Under the pieces are notes generated by a model. It was given only the letters and a program-made list of their open reading frames with translations, was not told where the DNA came from and did not search any database. The position numbers and the translations under genes are program-made. A stretch of 64,000 nucleotides of DNA from Elusimicrobiota bacterium (GTDB lineage Bacteria > Elusimicrobiota > Elusimicrobia > Elusimicrobiales > UBA9959): NCBI GenBank assembly GCA_030651035.1, contig JAUSCK010000293.1:12973-76972 (forward strand), given 5' to 3'. Positions 48,402-57,654 of the stretch are shown piece by piece. How positions within the stretch are numbered: position 1 is the stretch's first letter; each line of letters opens with the position of its first letter.

Positions 48402-49847
48402 TTACCCTCGTACGCCGATCTTGACTTTGCGGAAGCGCGCCGGGCTCGAGCCGTGGCACATCATGGCCGTCTGCCCGGGCTGGCCCTTGCCGCAGTTGGC
48501 CACGCCCCACAGGCGCCACTCGCTGTGGTCCGCTATTGCGTCGCAGGAGCCCCAGAACTCGGGCGTAATGCCCTGGTAGGTGGGGTTCTTGACCAGCTTC
48601 GTTCTCTTGCCGTTCTTTATAAGCCAGCCTATCTCGCAGCCGAACTGGAAATTCAGGCGCTTCTGGTCTATGCTCCAGGACATATTATTTTCCATCATTA
48701 TCCCGTCGCGGACTTCGCCCACGAGCTGCTCCAGCGCGGTATTGCCCGGCATGAGGCTCAGGTTGCAGATGCGCGTTATCGGGATATTGGAGTAGCCGTC
48801 GGCGCGGCAGGAGCCCCACGAGCGCTCCCTGCCTATTTTGCCGCAGAATTCGCGGTTGGTCATATAGCCTGTAAGGACGCCGTCTTTGATTATGTGCCAG
48901 CGCTGCGCCCTCACCGCGTCGTCGTCGTAGCCCGCGGTGGCGAGCCCGCCGGGCAGGGTGGCGTCGGCCACGAGGTTCACTATAGGCGAGCCGTAGCGGA
49001 ACTTGCCCAGCTTCTCGGTGGTGGCGAAGCTGGAGCCGGCGTAGGATTCTTCGTAGCCGAGCACGCGGTCCAGCTCGGAGGCGTGGCCGACCGATTCGTG
49101 TATCTGCAGGGCCAGCTGGTTGCCGGAGATTATCAAATCCTTTACCCCGGCGGGGCAGAGGGGCGCGGACAGGAGGGCGACGGCCTCGTCGCGGACGCGC
49201 TCGGCGTGGTCCTGCATGTTCATGGCCTCTATCACTTCCCAGCCGCCGGCGAGGGTCTGGCCGCCGTGGGTACAGGGGTAGGCGCGGGTCTGCACGTCGC
49301 CTTTCTCGACGGCGGTGGCGGAGAAGCTGGCGCCGGAGGACAGCTGCACCTGTTCTATGCGGGAGCCGTCGGTGGTCATGTGCCACTGGCGCTCGCGTAT
49401 AAAGCGCATTTCCGAGGCGGTGGCGCGGATCTTTTTATTCTTGCGCAGGACGGCGTCTATTTTGAACAGCAGGGCCAGTTTTGTCTCCACGGGCACGGCG
49501 AAGGGGTCCTTGAGGAACGGCGTCTGCCAGAAGTCGGTGTAGGCGGGCTCGTGGGCGAGGCGGACGCGGCCGGCCATCAGTAGGCGGCTGGCTTTGGCGA
49601 TGGCGATGGCTTTGAGGGTGGTGTCGGCTATGGCGCGCCCGGTCATCTGGCTGCCGGAGGCGAAGCCCCAGGCGCCTTTATAGAGGACGCGGATGCCGTA
49701 GCCGAGGGTGATCTGGTCGGTGAGGCCGTTGAGCTCTCCGTTCTTTACTCCGAGGTTCTGGCGGCGCTCTTCGATTATGCGGATGTCGCCGAAGTCGGCC
49801 TTGTATTTGTGCGCCACTTCGATAGCTTTGGATGCAAGTTTGAACAT
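48402..49847 (-). CDS. tldD: TldD-family metalloprotease
   Basis: 481 aa with the HESVGHASELD (HExxxH) motif and TldD-like N-terminus. Confidence 0.9.
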   Translation of the reverse strand: MFKLASKAIEVAHKYKADFGDIRIIEERRQNLGVKNGELNGLTDQITLGYGIRVLYKGAWGFASGSQMTGRAIADTTLKAIAIAKASRLLMAGRVRLAHEPAYTDFWQTPFLKDPFAVPVETKLALLFKIDAVLRKNKKIRATASEMRFIRERQWHMTTDGSRIEQVQLSSGASFSATAVEKGDVQTRAYPCTHGGQTLAGGWEVIEAMNMQDHAERVRDEAVALLSAPLCPAGVKDLIISGNQLALQIHESVGHASELDRVLGYEESYAGSSFATTEKLGKFRYGSPIVNLVADATLPGGLATAGYDDDAVRAQRWHIIKDGVLTGYMTNREFCGKIGRERSWGSCRADGYSNIPITRICNLSLMPGNTALEQLVGEVRDGIMMENNMSWSIDQKRLNFQFGCEIGWLIKNGKRTKLVKNPTYQGITPEFWGSCDAIADHSEWRLWGVANCGKGQPGQTAMMCHGSSPARFRKVKIGVRG

Positions 49848-49857
49848 TGTGGTTCTC

Positions 49858-51186
49858 CTAAAACTTCGTCGACGAAGAGAAGTTGAAATTCTTCAGGCGG
49901 AAGGACGGGCAGGCCATGGGGCCCCAGGCCTGGACCGGGGTGGTCTCGCCCGAGACGGCCTCGACGTTGCTGAAGGCTTCCGCCGCGCTCTGCGTGAAGC
50001 GCATGTTCTTTATGGGGAAGGTTATTTTGCCGTTCTCTATCATGAAGGTTCCGTTGCGCGTCATGCCGGTCATCTCTACCGTCTGGGGCTTAAGCAGGTT
50101 GGTGTAGTGGAACTGCGTGACAAGGATGCCGCGCTCAGTGCCCTTTATAAGGTCTTCCAGGCTGCCCTGGCCGGGTTTTACGGCCAGGTTGAGGGGGAAG
50201 GGCCCCATGTAGCTGGGCTGCGGCAGGGCGTGGCCGGTGGAGGCCGTCTTGGCGGCTTTGGCGGTTTTCCTGTCATGGACCACGGATTTCAGCACGCCGT
50301 TCTCCACGAGCGTGACTTTTGTGCGGGGCTGGCCTTCGTAGTCGAAGGGCATGCCGGGGGAGGCGCCGTCTAGGGCGTTATCTTCCATGGAAAGCAGGGA
50401 GCTGAGCGTTTTTTTGCCCAGCTTCCCGCAGACGAAACTGCGGCCCTCGTTATATATCTGTCCGCCGAAACCGTACACCGCCAGGTAGGTGAGCAGGTCC
50501 GCCGAGGCCTGCGGCTCAAGGACCACGGTGTACCTGCCGGGCTTGATTTCCTTCGGGGAGCGCCCGCGGGCGGCTTTGGCGCGCGCGGTCTCGTTCAGGC
50601 GCGCGAAGGGGATCTCGTTCACGTCGTAGGCGGGGTATTCGGCCCAGCCGAAGCCGTCCTTGTCGCGCACGGTCACGCTGTGGATGGCGTAGGTCTCGCG
50701 GTGCCTGGCGAAGACCCCCAGGTTGTTGGCTATCACCAGCTCCGACGAACCGTTCTCGAAAGTGCCGCAGGAGATCTGCCCGGACTTCCTGCAGGCCTTC
50801 GCCAGCTCGGCCGCTTTCCCGGCGCGGTAAACGGGGTCCAGCTCCGCGGTTTCGCGGAAGTAAAGGTTCTTCCCCGCCGGTATGGGGCGGGGTTTGGCCA
50901 GCGGCAGCAGGGCGGGATCTTTTTTCTGTTTTTTAAGTATCTCAAGGCCGGAGGAGACGGCGCGCCCGAGAGAGGCGTCGTCGGCCTGGTTGAAGTTTAT
51001 CTTCGCCATGCGGCCGCTGTCCAGCAGGCGCACCGAGAAGTTCACCGAGGACGAGGCCACGTTCTGCGAGATGACGTTGTCGGCGAAGCGGGTGAGGGCG
51101 CCGTTCCTGAGCTCGGCCATCACCTCGCACTGGGCCCTGCCGGCCAGGCGGAATATTTTTTCACAGACGGTTTCAATTTTTTTCAT
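49858..51186 (-). CDS. pmbA: PmbA/TldE-family protein (TldD partner)
   Basis: 442 aa, TldD/PmbA fold length, adjacent to tldD and lacking the HExxxH motif. Confidence 0.8.
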   Translation of the reverse strand: MKKIETVCEKIFRLAGRAQCEVMAELRNGALTRFADNVISQNVASSSVNFSVRLLDSGRMAKINFNQADDASLGRAVSSGLEILKKQKKDPALLPLAKPRPIPAGKNLYFRETAELDPVYRAGKAAELAKACRKSGQISCGTFENGSSELVIANNLGVFARHRETYAIHSVTVRDKDGFGWAEYPAYDVNEIPFARLNETARAKAARGRSPKEIKPGRYTVVLEPQASADLLTYLAVYGFGGQIYNEGRSFVCGKLGKKTLSSLLSMEDNALDGASPGMPFDYEGQPRTKVTLVENGVLKSVVHDRKTAKAAKTASTGHALPQPSYMGPFPLNLAVKPGQGSLEDLIKGTERGILVTQFHYTNLLKPQTVEMTGMTRNGTFMIENGKITFPIKNMRFTQSAAEAFSNVEAVSGETTPVQAWGPMACPSFRLKNFNFSSSTKF

Positions 51187-51210
51187 AAATTGGAAAACTG
51201 CATTTGTATG

Positions 51211-51293
51211 TTCACCGCAGAGGCGCGGAGGTCGCGGAGAACAGAAAAATAAAAAATATTCTTCCTCTGCGACCTCTGCGCCTCCGCGGTGAA
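51211..51293. repeat. palindromic REP/MITE-like element, copy 2
   Basis: Arms TTCACCGCAGAGGCGCGGAGGTCGCGGAGAAC and CTCTGCGACCTCTGCGCCTCCGCGGTGAA around an AT-rich loop. Matches 45077-45165. Confidence 0.7.
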
Positions 51294-51316
51294 ATCAGTT
51301 TGTTTTGAACTTCTTC

Positions 51317-52048
51317 TTACAACAGCGGTTTTTCGGGGGGGGGCTGCACCTGGGCTTCCTGGCCGTAGGTGTGGCGCTTGTGGTGCTTTTTATTTTCCGG
51401 CTGCGCGTGGTGCTGGAAAAGCGGCGTCAGGGTTTCCTTCGCCTCCATCCATTTCAGCAGGGTGTCCTCGCCGGTTATGGAGTAGGTTTCAGGGGTGCTG
51501 AAAACCGCCAGCTTGTTTTTCTTCGCCCGGTCCGCCAGGCCCTCGGCGCTTTTCCCGTGAGAGAAACCCGGGGTCTCCAGGAGCTTCAGGTTCTGCTGAG
51601 TGAGGCCCAGCAGGTAGAAGGAGCCGTCCTGGTTGGCGCCTATGGCGACAGCCCTGTCTCCAAGGGCGTCGAAAGCCAGGGAAATCCAGTCGCTTTTGAG
51701 ATCCGGGGAAAGGTGGCTGATCAGCACCGCTTTTTTCGCGCCGGTGAAAAAGGCCAGGCGGAAAGCGTCCTGCAGCCGGGCCTCGCCGGCGTTGTTCTTT
51801 ACCTCCAGGAAGCCGGGGTCCTCCGGGTCAAGCCAGGTCAGGTCGGGGTGGCGGGTCGTCTTCTGGTAGGAGAGGAGAAGTATGGCGTCGCCAAAGCCCT
51901 TGGCAAGCTTATAAGCGGCAGAAAGCAGGTCGCCGTTCACGTGAGCGGCCCTTTCCGGGCCGAAAGCCGTTTTAAGCGCCTGGTTTATCCTGTCCGCTTC
52001 CGGTGGATCCACAAGGAGTATTATGCAGTTGTCGCGGTTTTGTGACAT
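51317..52048 (-). CDS. DUF2064-like (nucleotide-diphospho-sugar-transferase fold) protein
   Basis: 243 aa. CIILLVDPP... and IGANQDGSFYLLGL resemble the DUF2064 signature (G.a.DGGYyLiGl). Confidence 0.45.
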   Translation of the reverse strand: MSQNRDNCIILLVDPPEADRINQALKTAFGPERAAHVNGDLLSAAYKLAKGFGDAILLLSYQKTTRHPDLTWLDPEDPGFLEVKNNAGEARLQDAFRLAFFTGAKKAVLISHLSPDLKSDWISLAFDALGDRAVAIGANQDGSFYLLGLTQQNLKLLETPGFSHGKSAEGLADRAKKNKLAVFSTPETYSITGEDTLLKWMEAKETLTPLFQHHAQPENKKHHKRHTYGQEAQVQPPPEKPLL

Positions 52049-52131
52049 ATATTAAGGGCTGAACAGAACAATAAAATATATTATACTAAATGAGGGCCCC
52101 TTTTAGCCCGGAGCCCTGAGATTATTCTTCC

Positions 52132-53286
52132 ATGCCAGATGAAAAAAGACCTGTAATAATTTACGGCGGGAGTTTCGACCCCCCCCACCGCGGGCACACG
52201 GCGCTGGCCGCGGCGGCCCTGCGCCAGCTTAATCCCGCCGTGCTTTATTTCGTGCCCGGTTTCCACACGCCTTTCAAGGATCTGCGGCCCGCCGCCTTTT
52301 CCGGCCGCGCCGCGATGCTTAAGGCCGCGCTGGCCGAAGCCGGGCTGGCCGGCAGGAAGGAAATTAAAATAAGCTCCTTCGAGGCGGACCAGAAGCGCGT
52401 GGTCTACACTTATGAAACGGTCGCTCATTTCCGGCGGCTGCATCCCGGCGCCCCCGTTTATTTTCTTATGGGCTCCGATTGCCTGGCCGGGTTCAAGGGC
52501 TGGCGGCGCCCCGGCTTTATCCTTAAAAACACGCGGCTGCTGGCGGGCCTGCGGCCCGGGTGCGCCATGCATAGAAGATCCGGCGTCCCTTTTACCGCGC
52601 TGGCCGGGCGTTTCCCCAGGGCCGACTCTACCCGGATCAGGGCGGAGCTGTTCCTGGGCGGCAGGCCGGCGCAGCTGCACCGGGCCGTGCTGGACCTGAT
52701 AGCGGCAAGATCCCTTTACCTGGCGCGCGAGCGGGCGCTGCTCAGGAAACTTCTTTCGCCGGCGCGCTTCGCCCATTCCCTGCACACCGCGGAGCTGGCC
52801 CTCAGGCTGGCGGGGGCGGCGGGCGTGCCGCAGCAGAAGGCCGCGCTTGCCGCCCTGCTGCACGACTGCGCCCGCGACCTTCCCGCGGCGGAGCTGCGCC
52901 GCTGCTGCCTGAAGCGGGCCCCGCGGACCGCCCTGCCGGAGCTGACGCTGAAAGAGGCGCCCGTGCTGGCGCACGCCTGGGCCGGCGCGGCCCTGGCCAG
53001 GGAAAAGTTCGGAGTGAAAGACGCGGAAATACTGGAAGCGATAGAACAGCACGCTACCGGGGCCCCGGGCATGGGACCGCTGGCCCGGCTTATTTATGTC
53101 AGCGACCTGGCCAACCAGGGGCGCGCTTTCCGCGAGGCGAAGCTGGTGAGGGCGCTGGCTTTTAAGGATTTTGAGGCGGCATTCAGGGCGGCCAATTATA
53201 TTAAGCTTGTCTATGCGTTTTCCGGCGGCGGCTGGGTGCACCCGCTGAGCGTTTCGCTATGGAACAGTCTTCAGAAAAAAAGATGA
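52132..53286 (+). CDS. nadD: fusion of nicotinate-nucleotide adenylyltransferase (NadD) and YqeK-type HD phosphohydrolase
   Basis: N-terminus IYGGSFDPPHRGHTALA ((H/T)xGH motif). C-terminal half RFAHSLHTAELALRLA...LLHDCARD (HD domain). Confidence 0.8.
   Translation: MPDEKRPVIIYGGSFDPPHRGHTALAAAALRQLNPAVLYFVPGFHTPFKDLRPAAFSGRAAMLKAALAEAGLAGRKEIKISSFEADQKRVVYTYETVAHFRRLHPGAPVYFLMGSDCLAGFKGWRRPGFILKNTRLLAGLRPGCAMHRRSGVPFTALAGRFPRADSTRIRAELFLGGRPAQLHRAVLDLIAARSLYLARERALLRKLLSPARFAHSLHTAELALRLAGAAGVPQQKAALAALLHDCARDLPAAELRRCCLKRAPRTALPELTLKEAPVLAHAWAGAALAREKFGVKDAEILEAIEQHATGAPGMGPLARLIYVSDLANQGRAFREAKLVRALAFKDFEAAFRAANYIKLVYAFSGGGWVHPLSVSLWNSLQKKR
53143..53280 (+). repeat. 138-bp direct repeat, copy A (functional 3' end of nadD-yqeK)
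   Basis: Aligns without indels to 54627-54764 with 12 mismatches by manual alignment. Confidence 0.8.
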
Positions 53287-53298
53287 TCTGCGGCCGCG

Positions 53299-54417
53299 TC
53301 AAAGCCCCGCCGGCAGCGTAAAACTTATGGTGGTGCCGCCCCCGGGTCCGCTCTCGGCCCAGATCTTTCCTCCGTGAGATTCCACCGCGAGCTTGCAGAA
53401 CGCGAGGCCCAGCCCCTTACCGAAACTATACACAGAGGCGTCTTTTGACGCTTCCTGTTTAAAGAACTTGTCGAAGACCTTTTTCAGGTGCTCGGGGGCT
53501 ATTCCCCTGCCGGTATCGGACACCGAGAAAACGTAGCGGCCTTCTTTTTTAGAGCGCTTCGCGCGTACCGTGATGGCTCCGCCGTCAGGGGTGAATTTGA
53601 GGCTGTTCCCCAGCAGGTTGAGCAGGACCCTGCGTATAAGCCTGTGGTCGGCGTTAAGAGACGGTATCCTCGCGGGGATTTTTTTCTTCAGGGAGATGCC
53701 GCGCTTCTCCATGTCAATTTCCATCTGCTTCACGCAGAAGCCTACAAGCTCTCCGACCCCGCCCGGTGTTTTAACCAGCTGCAGGCTGCTCTGCTCGATA
53801 AGCGTGATGTCCATAAGGTCGTTTATCATATCCAGCTCGAGGTCGCAGGACCTCATTGCCTTTTGCGCAAAATCCTGTTGCCGGGCGCTGAGCTTTCCAT
53901 GCGCGCCCCTGCTCATTATGTCCAACCAGCCCCTGGCCGAGGCCAGGGGGTTTTTCAGGTCGTGGACTATCAGTTGGGTCAGGTTGTCCTTCAGCTCGCC
54001 CAGCTTTTTCAGCTCCTCGTTCTTTTGCTTCAGCTCTTTGTGAAGCTGCGCTACCCTGATATGGGCGCGTATCCTCGCCAGCAGCTCCAGCGCTTTGCAT
54101 GGCTTGGTGAGGAAATCGTCGGCGCCGCAATCCAGGCCGCACACTTTATCCTCAAGATCTTTAAGAGCGCTGAGCATGATCACCGGGATATCCCGGGTTT
54201 CCCCGCTTTTTTTCAATTCCTGGCAGACTTCGAACCCGTCCATGCCGGGCATCATCACATCGAGAAGTATCACATCCGGCTTTTCGCCGGCGATCCGCTC
54301 CAGGGCCTCTTTCCCGCTGTAGCAGACATACACATTGTAGCCGCCCCCCTCCAGGATCAGCTGCAAAGTCCTGGTCACTTCAAGCGTGTCGTCGATGATC
54401 AATATATTTTCAGCCAT
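53299..54417 (-). CDS. response-regulator/histidine-kinase hybrid (REC-HisKA-HATPase)
   Basis: Start at internal ATG 54417 (MAENILIIDD...LLDVMMPGMDG). H-box LIVHDLKNPL, DTGRGI, GLGLAFCK. Confidence 0.85.
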   Translation of the reverse strand: MAENILIIDDTLEVTRTLQLILEGGGYNVYVCYSGKEALERIAGEKPDVILLDVMMPGMDGFEVCQELKKSGETRDIPVIMLSALKDLEDKVCGLDCGADDFLTKPCKALELLARIRAHIRVAQLHKELKQKNEELKKLGELKDNLTQLIVHDLKNPLASARGWLDIMSRGAHGKLSARQQDFAQKAMRSCDLELDMINDLMDITLIEQSSLQLVKTPGGVGELVGFCVKQMEIDMEKRGISLKKKIPARIPSLNADHRLIRRVLLNLLGNSLKFTPDGGAITVRAKRSKKEGRYVFSVSDTGRGIAPEHLKKVFDKFFKQEASKDASVYSFGKGLGLAFCKLAVESHGGKIWAESGPGGGTTISFTLPAGL

Positions 54418-54626
54418 AGATCTGTAGGTAACATAAGACCTGCTATCGTTAGTTCGTTCCTTAGTTTCTATCTTTCCGTTGCTTAAAAAATTTCCAAAAA
54501 ACGCTCCCTTCCCTTTTGTTTTAATATAATACAAAAAGCCGGGCGTTTTTCTGTAATTTTGAAAAGCTCCCCCTGCCCGGCTGTTGCCGGGCGGGAGAAT
54601 TGCGGCGGGCGGTTATTCTGGCTGGG

Positions 54627-54764
54627 TTGGTGAGAGCGCCGGCTTTTAAGGATTTTGAAGCGGCATTCAGGGCGGCTAATTATGTTAAACTTGTCTATGC
54701 GTTTCCCGGCGGGGGCCGGGTGCGCCCGCTGAGCGTTTCACTATGGAACAGTCTTCAGAAAAAA
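54627..54764 (+). repeat. 138-bp direct repeat, copy B (orphan nadD-yqeK 3' end; contains start of next gene)
   Basis: Still translates as LVRAPAFKDFEAAFRAANYVKLVYAFPGGGRVRPLSVSLWNSLQKK-stop. The ATG of the 54743 gene lies inside it. Confidence 0.8.
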
Positions 54765-55585
54765 TAGGAAGAGCGCTGCTGGCCGCCGGGCTTGCGCTGG
54801 CGCTGGCGGCGGCCGCCTGGCAGTACTTTTCGCCCGCGTCGCGCGAGCTCATGTCCGGCCGCGACGTAAGCCTGGCGCTGCTGGGCGAGCGCTCTTCCGC
54901 GCTGCTGGTCTACCACCCGTTTTCAAGCACCGTGAACGCTTTCACGATGGCCCACCCCAGGGCCAAGCCCGGGGTCTCCGGCTGGCACAGGGCCGTGGAC
55001 CTGGCGAAGGCCGCCGGCGGCACCGCCGCCGGGGAAAACGTTTTCTACATAGCCCTCTCCTCGGCCCCGGACCTGGACGCGCTGTGGGGCACGCTTAACA
55101 ACTGGCGGGCCGAACCGAAGCGCCTGCTGTCCGCGGTTTTCTGGGTTTCCGGCCTGAGGGACGGCGGGGCTACCAATATATCGGCGTTCGACCTGTTCTC
55201 CCTTTTCGGCGAGTTTTCAAAGCTGGGCTCGTCCAATTTTATACTTACCGAGATCTCGCGCAGGGCCCAGGCCGCCGAGATCGCCGACGCGGAAGGGCCG
55301 GCCTCGGCGCCGCGGGTGGAAGTTTACAACGCCTCGGGCAGGAAGGGCCTGGCCGCCAGGGCGGCGAAACGCCTGAGGGCGCTGGGCTTTGACGTGATAA
55401 CCGAGGCGTCGTACCCCACGCTTGAAAAACATACCGCGATAATCGGCTTTTCCAGCGACACCGCGGCGGCGCTGAAGCTGCGCGGCTCACTGGGGCTTAC
55501 GGAGCTTAAAATAAACGTGCGGTCTTCGCAGAAGAGCGTGGCGGGCGCCGCCGTGATACTGGGGCAGGATTTTAAAAGCGAATAA
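54743..55585 (+). CDS. membrane-anchored LytR_C-domain protein
   Basis: N-terminal TM segment. C-terminal VEVYNASGRKGLAARAAKRLRALGFDV...TAIIGFS is a typical LytR/CpsA/Psr C-terminal domain pattern. Confidence 0.6.
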   Translation: MEQSSEKIGRALLAAGLALALAAAAWQYFSPASRELMSGRDVSLALLGERSSALLVYHPFSSTVNAFTMAHPRAKPGVSGWHRAVDLAKAAGGTAAGENVFYIALSSAPDLDALWGTLNNWRAEPKRLLSAVFWVSGLRDGGATNISAFDLFSLFGEFSKLGSSNFILTEISRRAQAAEIADAEGPASAPRVEVYNASGRKGLAARAAKRLRALGFDVITEASYPTLEKHTAIIGFSSDTAAALKLRGSLGLTELKINVRSSQKSVAGAAVILGQDFKSE

Positions 55586-55681
55586 GACGAATTAATAAAG
55601 CGAATTGCGCGGATTAAAGTAGAATTATTCATCTTATTCGGAGTTTGCAGTTATTCGGGTCATTCGCAATCGGAGGCAAAT

Positions 55682-56752
55682 ATGGACATGGTGACTATCC
55701 TGAAGACGGCGGTGCAGGCGGGGTCGAGCGACATACACATCTGCGTGAACAAGCCGCCCATGATGCGCCTCAACGGAGAGGTGATCCCGGTGGCCGAGGG
55801 GCTGCCCCCGCTGACGGGCGACCAGACAAAATCGCTTATCTACTCCACGCTTTACGACGAGCAGCGCGCGAAATTCGAGAAGGACTGGGAGCTGGACTGC
55901 TCCTTCGCCGTCACCGGCGTGTCCCGCTTCCGCCTGAACGTGCTGGTGGCCCGCAACGGCGTGGAGGCCGTGATGCGCGTCATCCCCTCCAAGATCCCCA
56001 CGCCGGAAGAGCTGGGCCTGCCGCCCGCCGTAGTGATGTTCTCCACCCTGCCCAAGGGGCTGGTGCTGGTGACCGGGCCTACGGGCTCGGGGAAGTCCAC
56101 CACGCTGGCCGCCCTGATAAACCAGATTAACCAGAAGCGCAAGGGGCATATTCTGACCGTGGAAGACCCCATAGAATTCACCTATGAGCCCAACGCCTGC
56201 GTGGTGCGCCAGCGCGAGATTGGCCAGCACACCCGCTCGTTCGGCACCGCGCTGCGCGCCGCGCTGCGCGAAGACCCCAACGTGATACTGGTGGGCGAAA
56301 TGCGGGACCTGGAAACGATACAGCTGACGATAACGGCGGCCGAAACGGGCCACCTGACTTTCGCCACGCTCCACACGCAGGATGCGCCCTCCACGGTGGA
56401 CCGCATCATCGACGTTTTTCCGACGCACCAGCAGACGCAGGTGCGCGTTCAGCTGGCCGCCTCGCTGCAGGGCGTGGTTTCCCAGATACTGCTGGCCCGC
56501 AAGGACGGCCATGGCCGCGTGGCCGCGCGCGAGATCATGGTCATGACCCCGGCCATCTCCAACCTGATACGCGAAGGCAAGACCCACATGATCTACAGCG
56601 CCATAGAGACCGGCGCCAAGTACGGCATGATGCCCATGGACAGGGCCATGTCGATGCTCGTGAAGCAGAACGTTGTGTCTTACGAGGTGGCGGCCGCCAA
56701 GGCCCACGACCAGGAACTCTTCAAGAAGATGTGCAGCGCGAGCGGCGTATAA
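55682..56752 (+). CDS. pilT: type IV pilus retraction ATPase PilT
   Basis: 356 aa. SDIHI, GLVLVTGPTGSGKSTTLAALI, ILVGEMRDLETI, TGHLTFATLHT. Confidence 0.9.
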   Translation: MDMVTILKTAVQAGSSDIHICVNKPPMMRLNGEVIPVAEGLPPLTGDQTKSLIYSTLYDEQRAKFEKDWELDCSFAVTGVSRFRLNVLVARNGVEAVMRVIPSKIPTPEELGLPPAVVMFSTLPKGLVLVTGPTGSGKSTTLAALINQINQKRKGHILTVEDPIEFTYEPNACVVRQREIGQHTRSFGTALRAALREDPNVILVGEMRDLETIQLTITAAETGHLTFATLHTQDAPSTVDRIIDVFPTHQQTQVRVQLAASLQGVVSQILLARKDGHGRVAAREIMVMTPAISNLIREGKTHMIYSAIETGAKYGMMPMDRAMSMLVKQNVVSYEVAAAKAHDQELFKKMCSASGV

Positions 56753-56766
56753 GGGAGGAACGTGTA

Positions 56767-57654
56767 ATGTCTGAAATAGAAAAGCTCAAGCAGATACCGC
56801 TCTTTCGCAATTTCACCGGCGCCATGCTGGAGGAATTCTCGGGCTGCTTCAAGCATACGACCTACAATAGCGGCGACGTGATCTTCAAGGAAAGAACCAC
56901 CGGCGACGCCCTTTACATAATAGTGTCCGGCGAGGTGGTCATTGAGAAGGCCATGGACACGGAAGGCAATAATTTTAAAACGCTGGCTATCCTTGCCGGC
57001 GGGGATTTCTTCGGCGAGATGGCCGTTATCGAGGGGGTCGCGCGCTTTGCGCAGGCACGCGCCTCCGCCGACAGCGTGGTTTACGAAGTGGAGCGCCGGC
57101 AGTTCTTCTCATTTTCAAAAGACCACCCGGTGACGGGCATAAGCCTCTTCGGCGAGATACTGCGGACCGTTTCCCGCCGCCTGCAGCATACCTCCAGCGA
57201 GCTTACCATGCTCTTCGACCTGAGCCGCCTGCTGCTGGCCCAGCATAAGTCGCCGGCGGAGTTCTTCTCCGCCGTGATCGACGAGATGCGCATTTACCTT
57301 GAAGGCGCCTGGAACGTGAAGGCCTACGGCTACAACATGTACAACGAGGAATACGAGGAGGTTTACTCGCGCGACTCATTTACAAGGGAAGGAGAGCCCC
57401 GCGCCCTGCCCGCCAGGCCGGAAGGGGGCTGGCAGGACGACAATTCCTACACGATGACCTGCGCCGTCAAAGGGAGGCCGCTGGCCTGCGCGGTGTTCGA
57501 GCGCTCCGACAAGCTCTCGCCGGTGGAGAAAAATAACCTCGCCACCATATTTAATACAATATCATCCATCGCGGGCTCCGCGATGGTAAACATAGAGCAC
57601 CAGGCGGAAGCCGCGATGCTTGAAAAACTGAGGAATAGAAAGAACACTATATGA
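56767..57654 (+). CDS. cyclic-nucleotide-binding-domain protein with uncharacterised C-terminal domain
   Basis: Internal ATG (MSEIEKLKQIPLF). cNMP-binding pattern GDVIFKERTTGDALYIIVSGEV...FGEMAVIEG..R.A.A.A. Confidence 0.7.
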   Translation: MSEIEKLKQIPLFRNFTGAMLEEFSGCFKHTTYNSGDVIFKERTTGDALYIIVSGEVVIEKAMDTEGNNFKTLAILAGGDFFGEMAVIEGVARFAQARASADSVVYEVERRQFFSFSKDHPVTGISLFGEILRTVSRRLQHTSSELTMLFDLSRLLLAQHKSPAEFFSAVIDEMRIYLEGAWNVKAYGYNMYNEEYEEVYSRDSFTREGEPRALPARPEGGWQDDNSYTMTCAVKGRPLACAVFERSDKLSPVEKNNLATIFNTISSIAGSAMVNIEHQAEAAMLEKLRNRKNTI

